Positions 1 through 14,600 of a stretch of 64,000 nt of DNA are shown here, one piece after another. Position 1 is the first letter of the stretch. Each line of letters starts with the position of its first letter. The position numbers were made by a program, and so were the translations under genes. The stretch is from Bugula neritina. Its lineage: Eukaryota > Animalia > Bryozoa. The DNA is taken from positions 15,595,289 through 15,659,288 of the forward strand of contig OZ037771.1 of assembly GCA_964035545.1 (NCBI GenBank). The letters run 5' to 3'. The notes beneath the pieces were generated by a model, which worked only from the letters and a program-made list of their open reading frames with translations, was not told the DNA's origin and did not search any database.

Positions 1-1856
<1,856 letters not shown>

Positions 1857-2613
1857 GAGAGATATCTTGTTAAACATGAACACAGAATCACCAAACATAC
1901 AGACATGTCCAACCAGTTGCAATGATTCCCTGAATTACGTGTTTGGCCAGTAGGATGTGACTACCCACAAGGTGTATAACATACACTGTTACAGTCCAAT
2001 GAGTCAAGTAAAGCACAAACACAGCAGTAACCATGGTTACCCGACTACTAAGACCACAATCAGTGTGTTAGTGATAAACAGAGCAACAAAGTGATGAAGA
2101 CTAGAAGTAATTGAAGACTATATGCTATATAAGACTGTGTAGAAGTATATTTTACTCACATTGACAGTGTTAGTAGGTCAGCTGACAGCATACACTATGT
2201 GCTCAGTATACACTATGTCAGCTGCATATACTGCTGCCGCTCATACATCAGTGCAGTGAATGACTGAGTAGTATGCAACTTGAAGGAACTGCATGTGTTC
2301 TTAATTTACACTCTTTTTAATTGTTCTAATTATTGGCTAGTTAATGACTACAGGTGTTTACAGGGCACTGTGCAGGATGTAAACATTGTAATGTAGTCAC
2401 ATAGCATGCAGAGAGGAACATCTGCATGCTAGCAGTTGGGTAGTATATAGTAATATATTATAGTCTGAGTTATTATATTATATAGTCTGAGATATATTAT
2501 ATAGTCTGAGATATTATATAGTCTGAGATATTATATAGTCTGAGATATTATATAGTCTGAGATATATTATATAGTCTGAGATATATTATGATAAGTATGG
2601 AATATTTACTCAC

Positions 2614-5600
2614 CATTTGAAGCTCTTCAACAGTTGCTGGAGTAATCTTCTCCTGTTGACTGTCCAGAAAAGACTGTCTGTCGTCTACAGTCAACTCACT
2701 CTTGAGGGTGGACACAGCAGAGTCCTATATAATACACACTTAGACTCAGATTCATCCCAAACCCTCCCTTCAGTAACACGACACTTGATTTACCACGTCA
2801 CAATAAGCACACTATCACATTATTATATAAAATATAACTCCTGATTTCTGCACAGAGAGTAATTAGCGTAGGGCCCCAAGACGCGGGTTTCCTTCATGCG
2901 AGCTCAAATTTGTAAGAACCCGTTCTGGGAACGACCTGCCACAGACAATGCGTGGGTTGTGGGTGCAGAAATTTATTAGCTCATGATCTTGGAGTTTAAC
3001 TTTACTGCTCGCCTACAGACGTTTGTTTTTAAATCTACGTTATCGGCAAATTGACTTTAGATATTATAAAAGCGGAAATGCAAACTATATGAAACTGTTT
3101 TAATTCAGCTCTCCAAAAACTAAGACACAAGTTGAAATTAAAAAAGTGTGCTCGCTAAATGGTAACCAGCCAATTAGATCAAACCCGCACAAGCTTTCTG
3201 CACTTCCAGCTCAGCACACAACAGTCCATTTTAGGACTAACCAGGTGACCCGCATCGTGTGGCCCTATGCTTACTAGACTAGCTGAGTTTTGAGCAGCTC
3301 AGGAAGAAAGGATGGGGGTGGGGAGACCAACACTAGTATTTAGTTGACTTACATAACCACCGTCTAGGATCTGGCGATACTCTCGCTCCAACTCTCGCTG
3401 CGTCATTTCATCCTCCGTTTTACCCACATCCTGTTTCTTAGATATCTACACAGTACAGAGTATGTATAATATATTATATTAATACATATACTCTCTACTA
3501 GATATCTACATAGTACAGAGTATATAATATATTATATTAATACATATACTCTCTATTAGATATCTACATAGTACAGAGTATATAATATATTATATTAATA
3601 CATATACTCTCTATTAGATATCTACATAGTACAGAGTATATAATATATTATATTAATACATATACTCTCTATTATATATCTACACAGTACAGAGTATATA
3701 ATATATTATATTAATACATATACTCTCTATTATATATCTACATACCATCTGTCCATCAAAGTTATCAGAAGGAGGCTCCAGACGGTCGTACAAGTCTAGT
3801 ATACTCTTGGGTGTAACAGTGGAGGACTGTTTACGCTCCTTTGTCGCCGTGGAAACTGCAACACACAGACAGACATTAGACTCAGTGCAGACGCTCTAAC
3901 CCTGACCACTGAGTCACGCTGGGTACACTATAACGAGCTCATGACTGAGAGCTACACGGATCTCTAATCATGTGACTGACCTCTGGTGTGGTCCCGCCGT
4001 ATGTAGAGGTCAAGCTGCCCCGTCTTGTGCAGTGACTCATTGATCAGAAGCATGCAGTAGCCTCTGTTCCGGTCACTTACAACTTCCTCATTGATCTCTA
4101 GCAGCTCGTCTCCTTCTAGCAGTTCACATATGTCAGCAGGGGAATCTAGTGTTAGACATCAATGGTCACGTGAAAGTACTTTGTAAAGAAGAGACTCACC
4201 ACTAGTCACTGTCTTTATATTCAGTGTACTTACCATTAGTCACTAACTCTGTATTCAGTAGACTTACTATTAGTCACTGACTCTATATTCAGTAGACTTA
4301 CCATTAGTCACTGACTCTATATTCAGTGGACTTACCATTAGTCACTGACTCTATATTCAGTAGACTCACCATTAGTCACTGACTCTATATTCAGTAGACT
4401 TACCATTAGTCACTGACTCTACAGTGATGGGTTGACATTTGTCTTTACCTCCTTTAATAGTGAAACCAAATCCTTCTTCACTGCCAGCATTTGCTGATAG
4501 TCTTATCTTCATGTTGCTTTTACCCTGTAAAGTTTATAATACACCAGCATAGGTACAGAGTCACTATTAGTTACTACTAGTTACTACTACAGAGTACAGA
4601 GTTACTACTAGTTACTACTACAGAGTACAGAGTTACTACTAGTTATTACTACAGAGTACAGAGTTACTACTAGTTACTACTACAGAGTACAGAATTACTA
4701 CTAGTTATTACTACAGAGTACAGAGTTACTACTAGTTACTACTACAGAGTACAGAGTTACTACTAGTTATTACCATAGAGTATTGAGTAGTGGAAGAGAG
4801 AGTGGGCACATGCTGAACCGGTGCCACAGAGCTTCGCTCTACAACATCCTCAACAGAGCTGCGTGAAGTGAAATCTGCAACATGAACAAAAGGAAGCTGC
4901 AGATATTCAGCCATCTATCTGTACACGTCACGAGGTACAAACTATTCAACCATCTATCTGTACTTTTCTGTACAAACTATTCTCGCTTACAGAAACGCAT
5001 TCTTACCTGAAACAGGTTTGAAATCTCTTGTATTTCCTGAATGATGGGAGTCATTTATTGAGCTGATAGATGCCGGCTTCTAGAAGAGTAAAATATGAGG
5101 AGAATTAGCACTTGCCTTAGTAATGTGACATTGGTGTTACACTAAATACAACACACTCTAGATACAACTCTATCTCCTAGATTCTAATAGAGTCTAGACT
5201 ATTGTAAAATATTATCATATTGTTATTAAATTGTTATGAAGTACATTATATTCTAAATGCGTGTGATGGGTTAACAGTCTAAAATAGTTAGTTGAATTAA
5301 ATAAATTAGATAGACTCAGTAAAAGTGATTGACTATCCACTACGACTAGTGACTAGCACCCTGGACCTGTGTAACAGTATTTATTGGTTAGACGTGAAAT
5401 GATAGCCAGTGTGTGAGTAGCAGGCGTGAACTGTGGCGTTGTGCAAGTTGAATCAAACACTTGCCCACTGGGACAACTCTGTTGATGGTCCAGCTGGTAA
5501 TGGTCCAGCTGGTGATGGTCCAGCTGGTGATGGTCCAGCAGGTAATGGTCCGGCTGGTAATGGTCCAGCTGGTAATGGTCCAGCTGGTGATGGTCCAGCT

Positions 5601-8600
5601 GGTAATGGTCCAGATGATGGTCTACGCCCTGGAGCAGAAACTGGTCGCCATGCTTTGGGTTTTTGAACTGTGTCGAATGTTGGAATGACTTGAAGCTCAG
5701 ATTGAGGCTCTCCAAGACGTGATGTAACACGAGACGTATCCGTCAGACTACTGACGCTACTGAACTTCTTAGAAGTTGCATAGAAGTTCAACTCTCCAGA
5801 CTGGTTGGTGACTGTCGACTCTCGAAACACATCTTGGTCAAGTTGAGGAGAGGAGTAGGCTGGCTTCATCTTCCCTCTCTGCCAAGACCCGCCCTCTAAG
5901 GCTACAGTGTGACGCCTCAAGGCACGGGGGCCCTTGTACGCTCTGGGTGTGTACAGAGCCGATACATTGGTAGAACTAGAACTAAACCTATTAAGGCTAG
6001 ACAGACTAGATGAGCATGCAGTGCTAGTTATAGTATTGACCTGGTGAACAGAGGTTGGCGAGTCAAATGCCTCATCATCCGTGTACGATAGAGAGGAGAG
6101 ACGGCCTTGACCTTCCTTGTGTGACCTTGAAACATAACACGAGTGAAATGAGAATAAGCGGTACAACATACATGTTATAGAGAGGATTAAACACAAGACA
6201 CACAGGAGAGACTGTACCTGTCAGCGTGATTATATTTGTCTGTCTGTTTGTCTGTTTGTATCTCATTAGCCTCTCTTTCAGTAACTCCGGACCCCTTGCT
6301 CTTCCTGCGCTGTTTCCAGCTGCTCAAGTTCTGTGGACAAGGAGTTTATTAACTGAATACTTGAGAAATGCGTAATAAGAACCCACCTAACAGCTCTCTG
6401 ATATTTGTACATAACAGAGCTGCAGGTTATAATACTCAAGTGTGTAAAGTTCAACTCACGATATTTGATACACACTGGATGAATGCAGGCTGTGGAAAAC
6501 TGGTGAGAAATGTGTGAAATTCAACTCTTAAATATTTAACAGCGTGAAAGAATAAAAGGACAGCTGCTAAGACACAGACAGACTTGGCAAGTGTCAAAGT
6601 GACATTCTTGTATGTAAGGAAACCGTACAGAATAGTCCCCCAAGAGGTAATTTATTTTATTTATTCGTAGAGAATATTTGATCAGAAAGTGTAAAGGTTA
6701 AAGTCTTGTCCACATTTGGCTGTTTCCAGCAAAACATGGCAACCAATACTTGAGAAACTGGAATTGAAATGACTACACATCATGTGTCAGTAGCTTTTGA
6801 CACGTACAGTTTGTTGTGTATTAAATTTGAACGGAAGGTTTTCAGAGGCACAACCCTGTCTTTACAATGAGAAATGTGTTTATATAACACGTATGCACTT
6901 TCTGTTCAGCTGCTAAAAAGTTACTGACAATAGTAACAACCTGATGAACGGAATTAGCTGTGTAGTTGACAGAGCTATTCAAATGTGTACAGGTCTTAAC
7001 AGAATGTACATCTATATCTAACAGAAAGAATAATGGGAAATAGAAAGGGAGTAAAGTATAACGTAGCACAGCAGTGCCACTATATGCCAAGTATCTATAG
7101 TATAGAGGACTATGAGAATACTATTGGACAGGATGGTACTACAGAAACTAATAATAGAGAGACAGGTGAGTTAAAGTAATGAGTGGAGTAGTGAGGTGGT
7201 CACTAAACAACATATTAGAGAACACCACACTCAGGTAGATTAGCAAATAACAAACTACTAGAGAAAATTACAACACGTGTTACTCTCCGTCATATAATCT
7301 GGTGGTCAGTCTATCAGTTAATAAGTTAGAGAACACCAGCTGCATGGTGAGACAACTTCATTACTTCAACACAAAGTCAAACTACTTTTCTCTCTCTTGC
7401 TTTAGATAAGCATAGAACCAGATCAACATGAGTGAGTAGAGTTGTATGTAACAATCTCACAGCAATTACACTACAAACCTCTTTCCACGATTCATCCATC
7501 TGCGAGAAGAAATATCAATATCTTGTAATAATCAATATCTTGTAATAATCAATATCTTGTAATAATAATCAATAAGTTGACTAAGCATACAGAAAATATT
7601 CCAGAAAGACTTACAAACTGCCACTCAGCCTCGTCTTTGTCCACACTCTCCCGCTTCTTGCGCGTCTCCAGAGCCAGTTCCAGCTGCTTCACCGCCTTCT
7701 GGGCCAAGTGCTCGGCTGGCTTCAACGCTACAAACTGCAGAGGATCCACAGCGGGTTGAGACGAGCTTTTACGTCTCAAACCCATTCCTGAATTCTGAGA
7801 GCCAGGGCGATCTATAGAAGAGTATAAGAGAAATTAGTGTGAAACTGAGTATAAGAGAAGAGAGAAGGAGGGCAACTCTACAGAAAAGTAATCAGTTGTC
7901 ACAAGTATCAGGAAAGGTAGAATATAACTTCTAAGAAATCATCTGTGAAATTTTACACTACAACAGAAATGCTGAAACTTCTGAGAAATTATGAATACAG
8001 GTGAGCCATGTATACAGGTGACACAGGTATACAGGTGGCCCAGGTATACAGGTGGTCCAGGTGTACAGGTGGTCCAGGTGTACAGGTGGTCCAGGTATAC
8101 AGGTGGCCCAGGTATAGGAGTTGCCAAGGTAAACAGGTGACCTAGTAGTGTATTGGATATCAGAGAGTGACTTGAGGAGCTGCTCTTTTTAAAGAAATAT
8201 TAGAAAGAAAGACAACTGGATAATATTTGAGAGCGAGAGAAACTTAGAGGACCAGGACACCAAGACTACCAGCTGTCTATGCCTTGCATTAGCAGTATGT
8301 GTATAATGTGACAAGTGAGAATTATCCTCTCCTTTCACTATCACTTCCATGCATCAGTAGACCGAGGGAAGGAGTAGGAAAGATTTTGTAATTTGAGGCT
8401 TCATCCACCTCCTGGTCCTGCGTTGTGAATAATGTATGAGTCCAAAAGAATACCACGAATAGAGAGAGGAAGCCGATTATTCCAAGCATGAAGAGCCAAT
8501 GAAAACAGATGACACAGAGAGTGACGGAGTGTAACGCAGATATATTACGCCTGGTGGAGTAGAAAATACTAAGAAAATCAGAATAGCAGATTATTGCTAT

Positions 8601-11600
8601 ATAGACAGAGTAGAAGGCCATAAAGGGGCACCTGCTGAAAACTGGACACATGACTGGTAAAGCAGGAAGTTGAAGGACTCATCCGACACTATCACATGTG
8701 AGGATTATCCGTGGTATGTTTACAGAGTGATAGGGAACAGAGAGAGTGGGTTTCATGTTTCAGATACACAGCACACAGAGTCACTCACTGTGAATATACA
8801 GGGTTATACAGAGTGGTGGGTAACCACTAGAGCAGTGATGATGACAATGACTTGCTTACTCATACACCTTCCCTTTTCATGCTTGAGATAAACTTGGAAC
8901 GTTTACTAATATCTGAGCCAAGCTGGTTGTCAGCCATAAAGGCTAACATTTACTGCAGTATTCACTCTGTACTCACTACTCACTCTGTACTCACTACTCA
9001 CTCAGTACGCAGTACTCACTCTGTACTCACTACTCACTCAGTACGCAGTACTCACTACTCACTCAGTACGCAGTACTCACTACTCACTCTGTACTCACTA
9101 CTCACTCTGTACGCAGTACTCACTCTGTACTCACTACTCACTCTGTACTCACTACTCACTCTGTACGCAGTACTCACTCAGTACTCACTACTCACTCTGT
9201 ACGCAGTACTCACTCTGTACTCACTACTCACTCTGTACTCACTACTCACTCTGTACTCACTACTCACTCAGTACGCAGTACTCACTCTGTACTCACTACT
9301 CACTCAGTACGCAGTACTCACTACTCACTCAGTACGCAGTACTCACTACTCACTCTGTACTCACTACTCACTCTGTACGCAGTACTCACTCTGTACTCAC
9401 TACTCACTCTGTACTCACTACTCACTCTGTACGCAGTACTCACTCAGTACTCACTACTCACTCTGTACGCAGTACTCACTCTGTACTCACTACTCACTCT
9501 GTACTCACTACTCACTCTGTACTCACTACTCACTCAGTACGCAGTACTCACTCTGTACTCACTACTCACTCAGTACGCAGTACTCACTACTCACTCAGTA
9601 CGCAGTACTCACTACTCACTCTGTACTCACTACTCACTCTGTACGCAGTACTCACTCTGTACTCACTACTCACTCTGTACTCACTACTCACTCTGTACGC
9701 AGTACTCACTCAGTACTCACTACTCACTCTGTACGCAGTACTCACTCAGTACTCACTACTCACTCAGTACTCACTACTCACTCTGTACTCACTACTCAGT
9801 ACTCACTCAGTACGCAGTACTCACTCAGTACTCACTGTATGAAACGACAATGCTGACTGGGTTGAAGAACTCTGCCTTATGTACCATGCAGGGTGACATG
9901 ATGGGAAGCTAAAACAAGGGAGATAACTTACCTCTGCTCTTCTTTCTATCCAACTTTTTAGACACTTAAACAATGTTGATATCTAAGATTAAACACTTTA
10001 TTCTCAGACTACCTATCTAAGTCACTAGATCACTCTCTAACCAACTATAACTCGCAGGCTATCTCACTGCACAGCGAGTCAATGTTAGTACTTAGTTGTG
10101 GAAGGGATAGTAAAGCTAACAACTTCTAACATACCATGATCATCCAGGGAGTCTGAAGAGGAGTAACGTCCCTCCCGGTGGTCTAACCCTGCCCGCCTCA
10201 TCACGTGGTCAGTTGAGTCTCTCGAGCTGTAATTAGTAGATTACTATCAACACACAGCCAGACATTGCAAGTAGTCATGTGGTCTGTAACTAGAACACAA
10301 AGTATAGCAACCAAATTATTATTTCCTATTGAATAATATCAATACCTACAAATACATGGTGGTGTGCATAAATAATATAGCGCACATTTATATTCCTGAC
10401 TTGTATGCAAGTATATATTGAGATCAAGTCTACAGTGCAGTGTAACAGTACCTAGCCCGGGAGTGTTTGTAGGGCGACGAGTCGGGCTCCGTCCAGTCCC
10501 CGCTGCTAGAGTACTGGTGCTTGTGGTGGAAGTGCGACTGGGTGGAGGAGAGGGTTTTGGCGTTGACTAAACTAGTAAAGTTGGCAATGTCAATTTCTGG
10601 GACAGGAAATACACCTTGCACTTGCCGGGCTAACCAGAAGACGGTGATAGCTACCTACATGATAGAATAGTATGTCATGGTAAGTTAGAGAGATACTGCA
10701 ACATTGTATCACACGAGGGATAGCACTTAGACATAGGGATGCTCAACAAGTGACCTTTACATGACCTTTACTTGTCTACACAGGTACCGAAAACCAAACT
10801 CCACAAAACAATAGAGAATGAAATCTGGATATAAAATATAAGAATTAGCCAAGAGATGAGAGAAGAGCAGTAAAAGTATATTAAGAAGAGCCTACATACC
10901 TCTGGTTAGATCACAAGCTTTCACTGCATAACTTAGTCTCAACATTAGTTACATTTAAACTTGATAAACTGCAGTGCATAATAATTAAGTTGTTATCAAC
11001 CGAGACTGGATTATACAAGTTACACAGCGTTATCAGTGAGTAGATTACCTGAGTGAAAGCAGTATTGAGTATACTGGAGACTAGGATAATGAATTATTAC
11101 TATTAGCTGCCTGGGCTTCACCTAGGTCCTAGGCTATGCTTGTGTGTGTCTCTCAGTGTACAGCTGGTGTGAGACAGGTATAGGTTATTACACAACCTTT
11201 ACAAAGCTTAATACAATTCCTAACACTTGATTGACCAAACAAAAATGCTTGATATCACTAGTCAAGCCCATAGAATTTCAAGTGTCTACTTTTTTAATGT
11301 TTACCCATTATGCAGTATTATGGCTAAGTAAACACAGTAACCATACATGGGAGGCAGGCACTTATTCTACTGTGGAATACATAATGATGTACTTTCTTTA
11401 TGATGAAACATAGCCATGGTGCATGAAATGAACACAGCAGTAGAGGAGGTGGGATAACACCCATCCCCCTGTTGCCTGCAACAAAGGTTGTGGAACTCAG
11501 GCTTTGCACACCTTCGCAAATACTCTCTAGTCAAACACAGAATAGAAACTACCCTATGCTTAGTGTACACTCCTGTGATACTACTATACTCCCCCTATGC

Positions 11601-14600
11601 TTAGTGTACACTCCTGTGATACTGCTATACTCCCCCTATGCTTAGTGTACACTCCTGTGATACTGCTATACTTCCCCTATGCTTAGTGTACACTCCTGTG
11701 ATACTGCTATACTCCCCCTATGCGTAGTGTACACTCCTGTGATACTACTATACTCCCCCTACGCTTAGTGTACACTCCTGTGATACTACTATACTCCCCC
11801 TATGCTTAGTGTACACTCCTGTGATACTACTATACTCCCCCTATGCTTAGTGTACACCCCTGTGATACTACTATACTCACCCTATGCTTAGTGTACACTC
11901 CTGTGATACTGCTATACTTCCCCTATGCTTAGTGTACACTCCTGTGATACTGCTATACTCCCCCTATGCGTAGTGTACACTCCTGTGATACTACTATACT
12001 CCCCCTACGCTTAGTGTACACTCCTGTGATACTACTATACTCCCCCTATGCTTAGTGTACACTCCTGTGATACTACTATACTCCCCCTATGCTTAGTGTA
12101 CACCCCTGTGATACTACTATACTCCCCCTACGCTTAGTGTACACTCCTGTGATACTACTATACTCCCCCTATGCTTAGTGTACACTCCTGTGATACTACT
12201 ATACTCCCCCTATGCTTAGTGTACACCCCTGTGATACTACTATACTCCCCCTATGCTTAGTGTACACTCCTGTGATACTACTATACTCCCCCTACGCTTA
12301 GTGTACACTCCTGTGATACTACTATACTCCCCCTATGCTTAGTGTACACTCCTGTGATACTACTATACTCCCCTCATGCTTAGTGTACACTCCTGTGATA
12401 CTACTATACTCCCCCTATGCTTAGTGTACACTCCTGTGATACTGCTATACTCCCCCCATGCTTAGTGTACACTCCTGTGATACTACTGTACTCCCCCTAT
12501 GCTTAAAAATTACTCCACAAGTATGATGATAGAACAGATAAGACACAAAGAAGGCACAGTGTTAGCAATAAGATATTACTATAAGGTGCCAGATTTGTAT
12601 TGTGAAGAGTGGAGGAGCGACTCCAAACAGAAGATAGCAGTTTACAATGAGAAAAATATTATCCTAGAGTATTGCATAGAATGAGAGAAATAAACTCTAC
12701 AATATAAATAGAACAAGTAGAGGTGAGTAGCATATAGTAATGTACATATAGGACAGCAGAGATACACCTACACTAATGAATTTCAATACTTGGTATGATA
12801 GAAGGTAAACTGACTTACATTTCTGATTTTCTTGTCTTCTATTTCTTTGAGCTGGCAGGGAGTTAGTTCTCTGTAATAGGAATATACATAGTATAGTAAT
12901 ATAGTATAATATAATATAGTATAATATAATATAGTATAATATAATATAGTATAGTATAGTAATGGAGCAGCCGTGGTCTAGGGGTTAGAGCGTTTGCCTA
13001 GTAAACACGAAGGTCATGACTCATGGGTTCGAGCCCTGACAAAGGCCATTGGTGATGTTAGGAAGAGCATCCAGTCATAATTGCTCCTGTGCCTCATTTA
13101 AACAAGTCCTTAGCCTGCTTTAACGAAAACTCTTTCTATCAGGGGTTTCTCACAGGGATAGTGACTATAATCTTGCGTGAGTGAGTTATAATATAATATA
13201 GTATAATATAATATAATATAGTATAATATAATATAATATACTACTATACAGTATATTATACTATACGGTATATACTATACAGTATATAGTATACGGTATA
13301 TACTATACAGTATATTATACTATACGCACATGTTTTTAGATCTCTCTGCAAAGTCCTGCAAGTCTGTAGGAAGGAACAGCTGAGCTTCTTTAAGTCCGAA
13401 GTGTCTCTTAGAGGCGTCTATGAAGACGTTGAGATTGTCCTGCAGAGAGAAGAGCAAACTTAACACTCAACTAAGTACTAACCCACTAAGTACAAGTAAT
13501 AACTACTAGCCTACAGCTCCCAACTACCACCCCTACTAGATTCACTGTAACCACCCAGGCTACTGCAAGACACAAGCAGACTAAAGGCTATAATATTTGT
13601 ATTCAAATAGAAATACCTAATAATCATTGGCACTTCCCAGCTAGCTGTTTGTTGTATAACAGTGGACTATTGATGTATTGTTGAGACTGAGTGAGAGAGT
13701 GAGCAGCTTTTCTAATATAAATTCTATTGATTTAATCAAAGGAATGCAGAAAATATGAAGTGACCTCAGCAGTGCACCCTGTATATTGTGTGTATATTGT
13801 GTGTATAGTGTGTGTATATTGTGTGTATAGTGTGTGTATATTGTGTGTATATTGTGTGTATAGTGTGTGTATAGTGTGTATATTGTGTGTATAGTGTGTG
13901 TATTGTAATATACATTGTGTAGTGTAGGTTATAAAGGAGTGTAGTAGTATACAGGGGAGGGGGGTGTAGTAGTATACAGAGGAGGGGGTGTAGTAGTATA
14001 CAGAGGAGGGGGGTGTAGTAGCATACAGAGGAGGGGGGTGTAGTAGTATACAGGGGAGGGGTGTAGTAGTATACAGAGGAGGGGGTGTAGTAGTATATAG
14101 AGGAGGGGGGTGTAGTAGTACACAGAGGAGGGGTGTAGTAGTATACAGGGGAGGGTGTAGTAGTATACAGGGGAGGGGGTGTAGTAGTGTACAGGGGAGG
14201 GGGTGTAGTAGTATACAGAGGAGGGGGGTGTAGTAGTATACAGGGGAGGGGTGTAGTAGTATACAGAGGAGGGGGTGTAGTAGTATATAGAGGAGGGGGG
14301 TGTAGTAGTACACAGAGGAGGGGTGTAGTAGTATACAGGGGAGGGTGTAGTAGTATACAGGGGAGGGGTGTAGTAGTATATAGAGGAGGGGGGTGTAGTA
14401 GCATACAGAGGAGGGGTGTGTAGTATACAGAGGAGGGGTGTGTAGTAGTATACAGGGGAGGGGGTGTAGTAGTATACAGAGGAGGGGGGTGTAGTAGTAT
14501 ACAGAGGAGGGGGGTGTAGTAGCATACAGAGGAGGGGGGTGTAGTAGTATACAGGGGAGGGGTGTAGTAGTATACAGAGGAGGGGGTGTAGTAGTATACA

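Noticed and set aside
5433-5666. Collagen-like (GPAG[ND])n plus-strand ORF
   Set aside because: 5-aa period rather than Gly-X-Y; antisense of a real LMO7-like exon.
8322-8651. Hydrophobic 109-aa minus-strand ORF as an alternative TM exon or nested gene
   Set aside because: No convincing in-phase donor and no recognisable motif; flanking exons join correctly without it. RNA-seq could revive it.
8852-9856. 334-aa ORF (likewise 13732-14900, 35368-36366, 49464-50083, 50685-51566, 62886-63953)
   Set aside because: Low-complexity translations of minisatellites.
11551-12504. CRISPR-like array (also considered for the other 30-41-bp arrays)
   Set aside because: Head-to-tail units with no unique spacers, no cas genes, and a eukaryotic intronic context.
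12964-13046. Functional tRNA-Thr gene
   Set aside because: Acceptor and anticodon stems do not pair properly, there is an extra insertion, and there is no oligo-T terminator; better explained as a SINE head.
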